Below, piece after piece: positions 38,352 through 47,491 of a stretch of DNA of 64,000 nt (the first letter of the stretch is position 1; each line of letters opens with the position of its first letter). A program made the translations under genes and the position numbers. Source of the stretch: Candidatus Brennerbacteria bacterium (GTDB lineage: Bacteria > Patescibacteriota > Minisyncoccia > UBA6257 > GWB1-50-10); assembly GCA_016183535.1 (NCBI GenBank), contig JACPEK010000004.1, positions 141,807 through 205,806 on the forward strand, written 5' to 3'. The notes under the pieces are model-generated. The model did no database searches. It was not told where the DNA came from and worked only from the letters and a program-made list of their open reading frames with translations.

Positions 38352-39502
38352 AGGTCGCTATATCGGTGGGGGGGAGATTCCACCTTTTCAATCTTGCTCA
38401 GCAGTTGTTGAAACGCGGATTGCTATCGCAACTCATAACTTCCTACCCAAAATTCGAAGTGATGAAATATGAGATTCCCCGCGAGAAAATCGACTCCGTG
38501 ATCGTCAAAGAAATTTTTGAGCGCGGATGGAAAAAACTCCCATCATTTCTACAGAATCTATACAATCCGCAATTTTGCATTCATGAGGTGTTTGATAAAA
38601 TAGCGTTCCGCCACCTTGTTCGCGCCGACATCGTAGTCGGAGGCTCCTCAATGTTTCTCCATACACTACAAAAAGCAAAGAACGCGGGTTCGGTAGCGAT
38701 TGTGGAACATGGTAGTTCGCATATTGTTTTCCAAAACAACATCCTAGAAGAGGAATATAGGCGGTTTAACGTGAAAATACGGCCATTCTATCTGCCTCAC
38801 CCAAAAATAATTGAGAAAGAATTGAAAGAATATGAAGAGGCTGATTACATCTCGATTCCCTCGCAATTTGTGAAGCGTACGTTTTTGGAAAAGGGAATTC
38901 CGGAATCAAAACTCATCCAAGTTCCCTACGGCGTGGACCTCTCGCAGTTCCGGCAGGTTCCAAAAACCGATAAAGTGTTTCGCGTTGTTTTCGCCGGCGG
39001 CATCAGTTTGAGGAAAGGAGTTCCCTATCTTCTCCATGCGTTTGAGGAGCTGAATCTTCCAAATTCAGAACTGCTTCTCGTGGGCGGTATCAACGATGAA
39101 ATGGCACCATTTTTAAAAAAACACGAAGGGAAATTCAAATGGGTGGGGCGGGTACCACAGGCAAATCTTTATAAGTACTACTCACAAAGTTCGGTGTTTG
39201 TGCTCCCGTCCATCGAAGAAGGTCTCGCCATGGTACAACTTCAGGCAATGGCATGCGGGCTCCCCGTCATCGCGACCACGAATACCGGCGCGGAGGACGT
39301 TGTGCGCGATGAGAAAGACGGATTCATTATTCCTATACGTAACGTGGAGGTGTTGAAATCGAAGATCCTTTACTTATATGAACATCCGGAGGAACGGGAA
39401 CTGATGGGGCGTTTTGCGAAAGAACATGTCGCTTCAGGGTTCACATGGAGTGACTATGGAGAAAAGATGATAAATGAATATGGAAAGGTGTTGAAGGAGT
39501 AA
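38348..39502 (+). CDS. Glycosyltransferase family 4
   Basis: Contains PSIEEGLAMVQLQAMACGLPVIATTN. Confidence 0.85.
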   Translation: MKVAISVGGRFHLFNLAQQLLKRGLLSQLITSYPKFEVMKYEIPREKIDSVIVKEIFERGWKKLPSFLQNLYNPQFCIHEVFDKIAFRHLVRADIVVGGSSMFLHTLQKAKNAGSVAIVEHGSSHIVFQNNILEEEYRRFNVKIRPFYLPHPKIIEKELKEYEEADYISIPSQFVKRTFLEKGIPESKLIQVPYGVDLSQFRQVPKTDKVFRVVFAGGISLRKGVPYLLHAFEELNLPNSELLLVGGINDEMAPFLKKHEGKFKWVGRVPQANLYKYYSQSSVFVLPSIEEGLAMVQLQAMACGLPVIATTNTGAEDVVRDEKDGFIIPIRNVEVLKSKILYLYEHPEERELMGRFAKEHVASGFTWSDYGEKMINEYGKVLKE

Positions 39503-39504
39503 AC

Positions 39505-40725
39505 ATGAAGATTCTTCACGTCGCGCCTTCTTATTTTCCCGCTCACCGGCACGGGGGACCCATTGCAAGCGTACATGCGATGAATAAGGCGCTGGTAGCG
39601 GCCGGTGTGGACGTGACGGTCTACACCACGAACATCGACGGGCGCGGCGCGCTGGACGTTCCCCTCGAGAAGGAAACCATCCTTGACGGCGTAAAGATAA
39701 TTTATTTTCCGCTCACGTGGCGCGCATGGGAATATTCGCGGAGCCTACACCGCGCGCTCGAGAAAAATATAGAGAACTTCGATCTGGTGCATCTCACCTC
39801 GGTGTTCCTTTCGGCGTCTACGCTCGGCGCGTACTACGCGAAGAAGTTCGGAGTGCCGTACCTTATCTCGCCCCGCGGGAGCTTGATGAAAGAACCGCTC
39901 GCGATGAAAAGCGCGCTTTTGAAGCGTATCTATCTTGCGTTTATCGAGCGGAGAAACCTTGCCCACGCCGCCGCCATTCATTTCACCGTGAAGGGGGAAG
40001 AGGAAGAATATATTGCGGCGGAACTCCCGCTTCGCAGGTCGTTTGTTATACCAAACAGTTTTGAATTGCCGGAGGAAACGAAAGACGCGGACGGCGAGGC
40101 ATTTCGGAAAAAGCTTGAAGTTTCCTCCGGCGTAAAGATGGTGCTGGCGCTCGGCCGTATCAACTGGAAAAAGGGTTTCGACACGCTGATTCCCGCGTTT
40201 GCGGAAGTGGTGTGTGAGATTCCCCGTGCCGTATTGGTGATCGCGGGGAGTGATGAGGAAGGATACCAAAAGAATGTTCAATTATCAATTATCAATTATC
40301 AATTACCCAACAAGGTTATTTTTACCGGAATGCTCACCGGAGCGGAAAAATGGAGCGCGTTTGCGGGAAGCGACGTATTTGCGCTCCCGTCCTATTCGGA
40401 GAATTTTGGCATGGCGGTGGTAGAGGCGATGGCGATGGGCATTCCGGTCGTAGTGAGTGATAAGGTCGGGATCGCTCCCGAGATTGCGGCCGCGGACGCC
40501 GGCAAAGTGACCGAGAAAGAGCCGCAAACGTTTGCGCGCGCCGTCTTGGAACTTCTCCGAGACGATAAAAAAAGTCGCGCGATGGGCGAACGCGGGCGCG
40601 CGCTCGTTAGAAAACGGTTCGCGCCGGAGAAAGTGGCGCAGGTCTTTATGTCTGCCTATAATGAGCTTGTTCAATCATGGCCTCAAAAATCGACACCGTC
40701 ATCCTTACGAAGGACGAGGAGGTGA
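39505..40725 (+). CDS. Glycosyltransferase family 4
   Basis: Contains PSYSENFGMAVVEAMAMGIPVVVSD. It has an internal heptanucleotide repeat. Confidence 0.85.
   Translation: MKILHVAPSYFPAHRHGGPIASVHAMNKALVAAGVDVTVYTTNIDGRGALDVPLEKETILDGVKIIYFPLTWRAWEYSRSLHRALEKNIENFDLVHLTSVFLSASTLGAYYAKKFGVPYLISPRGSLMKEPLAMKSALLKRIYLAFIERRNLAHAAAIHFTVKGEEEEYIAAELPLRRSFVIPNSFELPEETKDADGEAFRKKLEVSSGVKMVLALGRINWKKGFDTLIPAFAEVVCEIPRAVLVIAGSDEEGYQKNVQLSIINYQLPNKVIFTGMLTGAEKWSAFAGSDVFALPSYSENFGMAVVEAMAMGIPVVVSDKVGIAPEIAAADAGKVTEKEPQTFARAVLELLRDDKKSRAMGERGRALVRKRFAPEKVAQVFMSAYNELVQSWPQKSTPSSLRRTRR
40279..40306 (+). repeat. Tandem heptanucleotide repeat (CAATTAT)x3 plus CAATTAC inside the GT4 coding sequence
   Basis: Read directly: caattatcaattatcaattatcaattac. 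It encodes QLSIINYQL in the inter-domain linker. Confidence 0.85.
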
Positions 40726-41468
40726 ACCTCCCCCACGCGCTCGAGAGCGTAAAGCCGCTCGACGCGAAGGTATGGGTGGTGGATTCTGGCTCAACAGATA
40801 ACACGGAAAAAATAACGAGATTACACGGAGCCGAATTCGTTTCCCACACCGATTATCAAAACCAGGCCCAGCAGTTCAACTGGGCGTTGGATCACCTTCC
40901 CCTCAAAGGGGAGTGGGTCTTGCGGTTGGATGCGGACGAATGGCTCACACCGGAACTCGCGAAGGAAATAATGCAGAAAATCACCTCAATTCAAAGCGGG
41001 GTGAATGGATTCTATATGAAACGCCGCATGTATTTTATGGGACGGTGGATATGTCATGGGGGATATTATCCGACATGGATACTGCGTCTCTTTCGCCGCG
41101 GGAAGGGACGTTCAGAGGAAAGGGAAATGGACGAACATGTCGTACTTTCGGAAGGGTGTGCAGAGCGTTTGAAAAACGATTTCGCGGACGAGAACAGGAA
41201 ATCGCTTCCCGAGTGGCTTGCGAAACATCGGGATTACGCGGTACGGGAAGCACGGGCCGCGCTCCGCGGGCACATTTCGGATACGCGGAAGCTCAAGAAA
41301 TCTTTCTACTATTTCCTGCCGCCCTTTGTCCGTCCTGTTCTTTTTTTCATCTATCGCTATTTCTTCCGTCTCGGTTTTTTGGACGGCATCGCGGGCCTCA
41401 AGTTCCATTTTCTCCAGGGGCTGTGGTACCGTTGGCTTGTCGATAGGGAGATCGTGAAGCGGCGATAA
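40677..41468 (+). CDS. Glycosyltransferase family 2
   Basis: Contains IDTVILTKDEEVNLPHALESV...VWVVDSGSTDNT and RLDADE (DxD). Confidence 0.8.
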   Translation: MASKIDTVILTKDEEVNLPHALESVKPLDAKVWVVDSGSTDNTEKITRLHGAEFVSHTDYQNQAQQFNWALDHLPLKGEWVLRLDADEWLTPELAKEIMQKITSIQSGVNGFYMKRRMYFMGRWICHGGYYPTWILRLFRRGKGRSEEREMDEHVVLSEGCAERLKNDFADENRKSLPEWLAKHRDYAVREARAALRGHISDTRKLKKSFYYFLPPFVRPVLFFIYRYFFRLGFLDGIAGLKFHFLQGLWYRWLVDREIVKRR

Positions 41469-41470
41469 GT

Positions 41471-42442
41471 ATGAACAACTCTATTAGTGCCGTTGTTACG
41501 GTTTATAACAAACAGGAGACCATTGCTAAAACATTGGAATCTTTGTTATCCCAACCCGCGGAGCTCAAGGAAGTAATTGTCATAGATGATGGAAGTACCG
41601 ATAGTTCGGCTGAGATAGTAAAGAAATTCGCGGAGAGGTATAACAATATAAAATATATTTTCCAAAACAATCAGGGGGTGGCTCGATCGTTGAACGCGGG
41701 GTTAAGAATAGTCAACACTGATTTTGTCGCCGTGCTCGATGGAGATGTCACGCTGAGCGAAGATTGGTTCCCCGCATTAATGTCGTATTTTGGAAACCAA
41801 GAGATCGCGGCGGTTTCCGGTTTGACAAAGACAATGAACCCAAAAAATCTTTGGGCCGCATTAGCCGGTTATAACGTGGAATATCGGCAATCAAGAATAA
41901 AGGGCGAGTTCGTTGATCACCTGAGCACCACCAACGTTATCTATAGAAAATCCGTTTTGGATACCGTCGGCTTGTTTGATCCAGAGTTCAGGTATGGCCA
42001 GGATAACGAAGTGAGTTACGGGATCTTAGCGGCCGGTTACAAATTAATTCTTTCCAAGAAAGCTTTCTGCCTCCATTTTTGGCCGGAAAGCTTTATGGGC
42101 TTTATGAAACAACGGTCTCATGGCGCGTGGGCCAGAGCCATGTTGATCAAGAAATATCCGAAGCGATTGAGCGGAGATAAGATTTCCAGCCTGCGTTATT
42201 TTTTGGAATTACCACTAGGACTGGCCCTCCTCTTATCTTTGATCGCCATTTTGTTTTATCCGTATTTTTCGATTGTGGCGGGACTCGTTGCTATCTTAAT
42301 TTACATTTTTCAATGGAGCGAAATCCTTTTTTTCATTAAAAACAAAAAAACGCTCATTGGGATTTTCGCGCCTGTTTTCATCGCGCTAAAAGCCATGGCG
42401 TGGCAGAGCGGAATTATTAAATTTTACTTGGAGGGGCTATGA
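41471..42442 (+). CDS. Glycosyltransferase family 2 with C-terminal TM helices
   Basis: Contains ISAVVTVYNKQETI...VIVIDDGSTDSS and VLDGDV. Confidence 0.8.
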   Translation: MNNSISAVVTVYNKQETIAKTLESLLSQPAELKEVIVIDDGSTDSSAEIVKKFAERYNNIKYIFQNNQGVARSLNAGLRIVNTDFVAVLDGDVTLSEDWFPALMSYFGNQEIAAVSGLTKTMNPKNLWAALAGYNVEYRQSRIKGEFVDHLSTTNVIYRKSVLDTVGLFDPEFRYGQDNEVSYGILAAGYKLILSKKAFCLHFWPESFMGFMKQRSHGAWARAMLIKKYPKRLSGDKISSLRYFLELPLGLALLLSLIAILFYPYFSIVAGLVAILIYIFQWSEILFFIKNKKTLIGIFAPVFIALKAMAWQSGIIKFYLEGL

Positions 42443-44083
42443 ATAATTCTCCCCTTCGAAGTACTTCGAGAATTCTTTTTTAGCTCTGGCATACCTATCG
42501 CCCCAGCCCTTTGCGCGTTGCAGCTTTTCTTCCAGGTCAAGCATGATTTTTGTGGATGTAATAACGGAATCGATCGAGTCGCCCGGTTCGTTATTTGCGA
42601 TTTTCCGCGCGATAGTTTTGTACATATCCTTGTAGCTTGTGGGCTTTAGCACCTTTTCTTTTCTTATAATTCGCTTGGTGTCTTCGGAGGTATAGTGAGT
42701 AGCATCCAAAATTCTCACGATCTTCCCTGTTACTTTTAATTCAACGACATCTTTGGGGCCGATGCGCGGGCTGCCCTTTTCGCTGAAAGTGGAAGTTAAG
42801 GTGGCGCCGTTTTCCAATTCTATCCATGTCACGATGGTATTATCGCTGAGAAGCTTGAGGTCAAAATCCTTCGGTTTACTGAAGTTATTGAGATACAAGA
42901 AGTGATCGATCTGATGGCAGGCGTTCGCGTAAAAAGTGCTACGGGAAACCGGCCAGTTGTACCAGAAAAATTCCGGCTGCTTTAATTCGTAGACAATAGA
43001 GTTGTAGAAGATCGGTTCCCCATGCCGCACCCCCAGGTCTTTCAGGGCCCACTTGTTGAAGGGGCCATAACGTTTTTGAAAGCCGATAAAGAGACGCGGA
43101 CCCGATTTCTTGAGCGCTGCTTCCAACTCATCCAATTCCTCGTAATCGTTCACTGCCGGCTTCTCCACCAGGGCGTACGCGCCTTGATTCAAGGCGTGAA
43201 TGGCCAAAAGCGCGTGAAAATGATTGTAGGTTGCTATGAAATACGCGTCTGCTTTTTCCCCCTTTCGCGGGATAGGAGAAGAATCCCACTTTTGAATTCT
43301 TTGCTCCAAAAATATTTCAGTAGGGTCAATCTCGTGGACCGTTTGTATATCCACGAAGGGGCGAGTGTAGGGAATGATATTGATCTTGGCGTAGTTGCCG
43401 TAGCCGAACAAAATTCCGGTTTTTTTGCCACCTTCTGCCTTAGGAAGAGAACCTTTTGTTTCCGAGATGGGCTTGGGGTCCAAGGCATCAATCGCTTCTG
43501 CCCCAGCCCAGTGAGCGTTTTTAAGTTCTTTGACTAGGCAGTCTGATATTTTTTTCTGGATTTCGGGAGAAACAGCCACGCCGGAATAAACGCTCCAAGC
43601 GAGAAGGTCTTTCCACCAACCACCCTCCGTTTTTTGGCCGGAGACCGGCAAATGGAGGATTTTATTGGCGTGGGGTTGAGGCAGATCGGAACGATCAATT
43701 TTTAAAATGAGATTCTCAGGCAAAACAATTCTTTCCGCAAGAGCCGGATGCCAAGGCGCCAAAAAGCCGACCAAGTCCCCCACAGAAAAACTGCCATCCT
43801 GGGCGGTTTCAATGATCTCTCCAAAACCGCAAGAAATATATTTTTCATTCCGATAATCCTCGCGGAGCCGCGACCAGGTCTTGTAAAACGTCCCCTCAAG
43901 CCCCATTACGGGAAAGTAGTTCAAGAGCAGGCGCAAACTCTTCGGCCGTATATGGTATACGTTTTCCAGCTTTTCTAAGTTTTTGAAACCCAAAACTTTT
44001 ACCCGATATTCCTTTCGGTTTTTGGGATAATCCACAAAACCATCCCGCCATTTTTTATTGGCTAAAATTCTCATATTCACCAA
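42437..44083 (-). CDS. Bi-domain oxidoreductase: Gfo/Idh/MocA-type NAD(P)-binding Rossmann domain plus extra domain
   Basis: The central region reads GILFGYGNYAKINIIP...FIATYNHFHALLAIHALNQGAYALVEKP (GFO_IDH_MocA pattern). AT-richer sequence. Confidence 0.65.
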   Translation of the reverse strand: MVNMRILANKKWRDGFVDYPKNRKEYRVKVLGFKNLEKLENVYHIRPKSLRLLLNYFPVMGLEGTFYKTWSRLREDYRNEKYISCGFGEIIETAQDGSFSVGDLVGFLAPWHPALAERIVLPENLILKIDRSDLPQPHANKILHLPVSGQKTEGGWWKDLLAWSVYSGVAVSPEIQKKISDCLVKELKNAHWAGAEAIDALDPKPISETKGSLPKAEGGKKTGILFGYGNYAKINIIPYTRPFVDIQTVHEIDPTEIFLEQRIQKWDSSPIPRKGEKADAYFIATYNHFHALLAIHALNQGAYALVEKPAVNDYEELDELEAALKKSGPRLFIGFQKRYGPFNKWALKDLGVRHGEPIFYNSIVYELKQPEFFWYNWPVSRSTFYANACHQIDHFLYLNNFSKPKDFDLKLLSDNTIVTWIELENGATLTSTFSEKGSPRIGPKDVVELKVTGKIVRILDATHYTSEDTKRIIRKEKVLKPTSYKDMYKTIARKIANNEPGDSIDSVITSTKIMLDLEEKLQRAKGWGDRYARAKKEFSKYFEGENYS

Positions 44084-44148
44084 CGAGGTTCGGTTATTTG
44101 GTAATTTTGTTTCAATATATCAAACCCGTCAATATTTAGCAAAACCGA

Positions 44149-46008
44149 TCATCCGAACCAGCGGTCGTACCACAAAGAAAGCGTGATGAGGTTCCACAGT
44201 TTGAAACTTTGGTCCGGTTTTCCACTGCGGTGTATGCGGAACAAGTTACGCGCCTGTTCATAATCCAGCAGGCCCGTATTCTTAAGCTTCGATGCCATCA
44301 CCATATTCTCCATCTGTTTCGAGAGAGGAGATTCAGTCCGGAGCCACTCGGAAATCGGCGTGCCGAAACCCCGCTTCTTCCGCGCGATTGTCTCGCGGGG
44401 GATAATGCCCTCCACCGCCTTTTTGAGGACGTATTTAGTCGTTCCACCTTTCAGTTTGATATCTTGGGGCGTATTGAATGCGAGCTCCACGAGGCGCGTA
44501 TCAAGGAACGGGACGCGTCCTTCTACGGAATGTGCCATGGTCATCCGCTCCGCGCGTGCGAGAAGAAATTCCGGCAGGCGATGCTTCAGCTCTACATAGG
44601 TCATTTGCTTCAAGAGGTCCGCGCGTGCATCCCTATTTTCTAATTCGCGGTACCAACTCTCCACGATATCGGAGCTTTTTCCGCGGTCTCCAAATGCGGT
44701 CGCGAGCCCCCAAAACGGCCTCCCGCCTGCGATCATACGTCGCGCAAACTCCTTTCGGGGGCCTTCAGCAAGGAATGCGAGACCGAGGTTTGCTATGCCG
44801 CGTACGTGCTTTAGCCAGCCCCACCGCTCCTGTGCGCGGAGCGCCCTGAGGTAGACTTCATATCCCGCAAAGAGTTCATCGGAGCCCTCGCCGATCTGTA
44901 CCACGGTGACGCCCGAGTCGCGCGTGAATTTCGAGAGCCAGAATATGGGGAACGAGGCGGGGTCGCCGTTCGGATCGTCAAAATGATGCGCGTAACGCTC
45001 CAGGAAATCGGCAAAGTGCGATTCACCGAGAAGAAGTTCGTGCGGTACTATACCGAGCGATTTGGCGGTCTCACGCGAATGTGCAAACTCGTTCATTGTG
45101 GGGAAATCCCGGTATCCCACGGAGAACGTTTCCACAGGGTGGCCGAGTGCTTCACTCATCAACTTTGCGTTCGTGGACGAATCAATGCCGCCGGAGAGGA
45201 AGCAACCGAAGGGAACGTCGGAGACCATCTGGCGGCGGATGGAGTCGCGGAGAAAGAAGCGGACTTCTTCGATGTATTCTGCTTCTGTCGAAGGCCCGCC
45301 CGCATCCCTACGCGAAGCGTTGCGGGCGGGATTCCAATACTCAATTTCGTTCACGGCGCCGTCTTTTGTGATCGTGAGCGAATGTCCCGCGGTGAGTTTT
45401 CGGATGCCGCGGAAAAGCGTGCGCGGAGCGGGAGTCGAGGAAAAGGTAAGATAGTGGGAAAGCGTTTCTTCGTCGAGCTCGCGCGGTACGTCGGGGTGGG
45501 CGAGAATTGCTTTGATTTCGGAGCCGAAATAGAAACTGCCGTTCTGGAGCGCGTAGTAAAACGGCTTGATGCCCATGTGATCGCGCACGGCGAATAGCAG
45601 TTCCCTTTTTTTATCCCAAATTACGAACGCAAACATGCCATTCAGGCGTTTTACGAAATCGGGACCCCAGGCGAGATAGGCGTTCAAGATCACTTCAGTA
45701 TCGCCTTTCGATTTGAACGAGTAACCAAGCGTCTTGAGCTCTTCCCGCAAGTCTTGGAAGTTGTAAATCTCGCCGTTGTAGGTGATCCACGCGCGCCCCG
45801 AGGCGTCCGTCATCGGCATGTGGCCGGCGGGCGAAAGGTCGATGATCTTCAAGCGGCGCGTGCCGAGTCCCACCTTGCGATCGGGAGAGAGATAAATCCC
45901 CGCGTCGTCGGGGCCGCGATGGACGAGCGTGTCGCGCATCGCGACGAGCGTCCGCTCGTCGGCAGTCTTGGAATTTTTATAGTGATAGACGCCGGCGATG
46001 CCGCACAT
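44149..46008 (-). CDS. Asparagine synthase (glutamine-hydrolysing) family amidotransferase (AsnB/WbpS-like)
   Basis: MCGIAG provides the N-terminal nucleophile Cys2. The PP-loop reads FLSGGIDSS. 619 aa. Confidence 0.9.
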   Translation of the reverse strand: MCGIAGVYHYKNSKTADERTLVAMRDTLVHRGPDDAGIYLSPDRKVGLGTRRLKIIDLSPAGHMPMTDASGRAWITYNGEIYNFQDLREELKTLGYSFKSKGDTEVILNAYLAWGPDFVKRLNGMFAFVIWDKKRELLFAVRDHMGIKPFYYALQNGSFYFGSEIKAILAHPDVPRELDEETLSHYLTFSSTPAPRTLFRGIRKLTAGHSLTITKDGAVNEIEYWNPARNASRRDAGGPSTEAEYIEEVRFFLRDSIRRQMVSDVPFGCFLSGGIDSSTNAKLMSEALGHPVETFSVGYRDFPTMNEFAHSRETAKSLGIVPHELLLGESHFADFLERYAHHFDDPNGDPASFPIFWLSKFTRDSGVTVVQIGEGSDELFAGYEVYLRALRAQERWGWLKHVRGIANLGLAFLAEGPRKEFARRMIAGGRPFWGLATAFGDRGKSSDIVESWYRELENRDARADLLKQMTYVELKHRLPEFLLARAERMTMAHSVEGRVPFLDTRLVELAFNTPQDIKLKGGTTKYVLKKAVEGIIPRETIARKKRGFGTPISEWLRTESPLSKQMENMVMASKLKNTGLLDYEQARNLFRIHRSGKPDQSFKLWNLITLSLWYDRWFG

Positions 46009-46012
46009 GGAT

Positions 46013-47488
46013 TTATATCGCTGACGCTTCGCGCTTTCTCACAATGGACAAAAGTTCCTCGAGGAGCGTTTCTTGAAACAGGTGGAGTGCGATGAAGTAG
46101 ATGAGTGCGCCGGCGGCGATCGTGAAAAGTACGGGGATCCCCAGAAGGTTAAGCCCGAACGTTGCGACGCCCATCATGAGCGCGGCCATCGTGATTCGTG
46201 AGAGGTGCGCTATTACCTTAAACTCAAGGATGCGGCGGGAACGCCACCACATGAATGTGTTGTAGGAAAATTGTGTAACGATGGTTGCCACCGCGGCTCC
46301 CACGATGCCGTAGAGGGGGATAAGGAGCGTGTTCAGCGCGACGTTTATTAAGGACACGCCGAGTACCGCGGGGGCGAGTTTCTTATGCTCATTGTGCGCG
46401 AACACTAAATTTCCGAAGAATGTTCCGGGAAATATGAAGAGTGTGGTGACGAGGAGCGCTTGAAAGACAATCGTGGAAGGCGTGTAGCCGTCTCCGTAGA
46501 GGAGCGCGATGATGGGAGACGCGAGCACCACCCCTCCCACCACAATCGGCATTGCGAGGAGAAAGAGGATGCCGAGCGAGCGTTCGACGAGGATTTTTTC
46601 CTTCTCTTCCTCGCGTTGTCCGATGAGCCGCGAGAGCGCGGGGAAAATACTCGAGGCGATGATGGCCGGAACGGTATAGAGCACCTGAACGATTTTTTGC
46701 GCGGCGGAATAGAACCCCACCTCCGAAGCGGTGCGCCACCACCCCAGCATAATAAGGTCGACGTTCAAGGAAAGCGCGCCGAAGAGCGCGATGAGGGCAA
46801 TAGGAACGGCGGCGCGTAGCACGGGTCGTACGAGTTCGGGGGAGAAAGAACGAACTATTGAGGCAAACTCACGCCGCAGGATGAACATTCCCGCGAGCGC
46901 GCCTACGGCGGCGCTCACCACGTAAGAAGCGGTGAGCGCGCCGGCGGTCGTGTAATACGAAAGGATGACGAATCCCGCCGCGGTGATTGCAACATTAGTG
47001 ACGGCGGTCACGAGCGCCTCGAGCTCCATTTTTTCTTTGGCGCGGAAAAACGCGTTTGAGAATTCGCGGAGCCCGTCGGCGATCGCAAGGATGGCGACGA
47101 AGGGGATCAGCGGCACCGCGGCGTCTATTTTTGAGAAGTGCGGGGCGAGAAAAATGACGGCGAGCGCGGTCAAGATCAGCAACACTATTTTCATCCAGAA
47201 GATAGTGGCGAAGTAGCGGGTTCCCTCTTCGGGTCTCTTCGCGATTTCTCTCGTAAGAATAGAAGTGATTCCCACGTCGGCGAAGATGGTGAAGAATCCG
47301 GCGAGTCCCAGGACGTAGGAAAAAACGCCGTACTCGGACGCGCCGAGCACGCGCGCGGCGTAGATAATGATGGAAGCGCGAATAAGCCGTCCGCCCATCT
47401 GGCTCACCGAGAGCCATATCGTGTTTTTCACGACTGTCTGACGCACGCTCCGATTTTGGAAAAGCAACTCTCTCAATTTCTGCACCAT
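46013..47488 (-). CDS. Polysaccharide flippase (Wzx, MOP superfamily)
   Basis: 491 aa, about 12-14 TM helices. Typical Wzx N-terminus reads VKNTIWLSVSQMGGRLIRASIIIYAAR. Confidence 0.8.
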   Translation of the reverse strand: MVQKLRELLFQNRSVRQTVVKNTIWLSVSQMGGRLIRASIIIYAARVLGASEYGVFSYVLGLAGFFTIFADVGITSILTREIAKRPEEGTRYFATIFWMKIVLLILTALAVIFLAPHFSKIDAAVPLIPFVAILAIADGLREFSNAFFRAKEKMELEALVTAVTNVAITAAGFVILSYYTTAGALTASYVVSAAVGALAGMFILRREFASIVRSFSPELVRPVLRAAVPIALIALFGALSLNVDLIMLGWWRTASEVGFYSAAQKIVQVLYTVPAIIASSIFPALSRLIGQREEEKEKILVERSLGILFLLAMPIVVGGVVLASPIIALLYGDGYTPSTIVFQALLVTTLFIFPGTFFGNLVFAHNEHKKLAPAVLGVSLINVALNTLLIPLYGIVGAAVATIVTQFSYNTFMWWRSRRILEFKVIAHLSRITMAALMMGVATFGLNLLGIPVLFTIAAGALIYFIALHLFQETLLEELLSIVRKREASAI

Positions 47489-47491
47489 GCG

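Noticed and set aside
40279-40306. Considered whether the 7-mer repeats could be part of a CRISPR array
   Set aside because: The unit is only 7 bp, has no spacers, and lies inside a coding sequence. No CRISPR-like repeat-spacer arrays were seen anywhere in the window.
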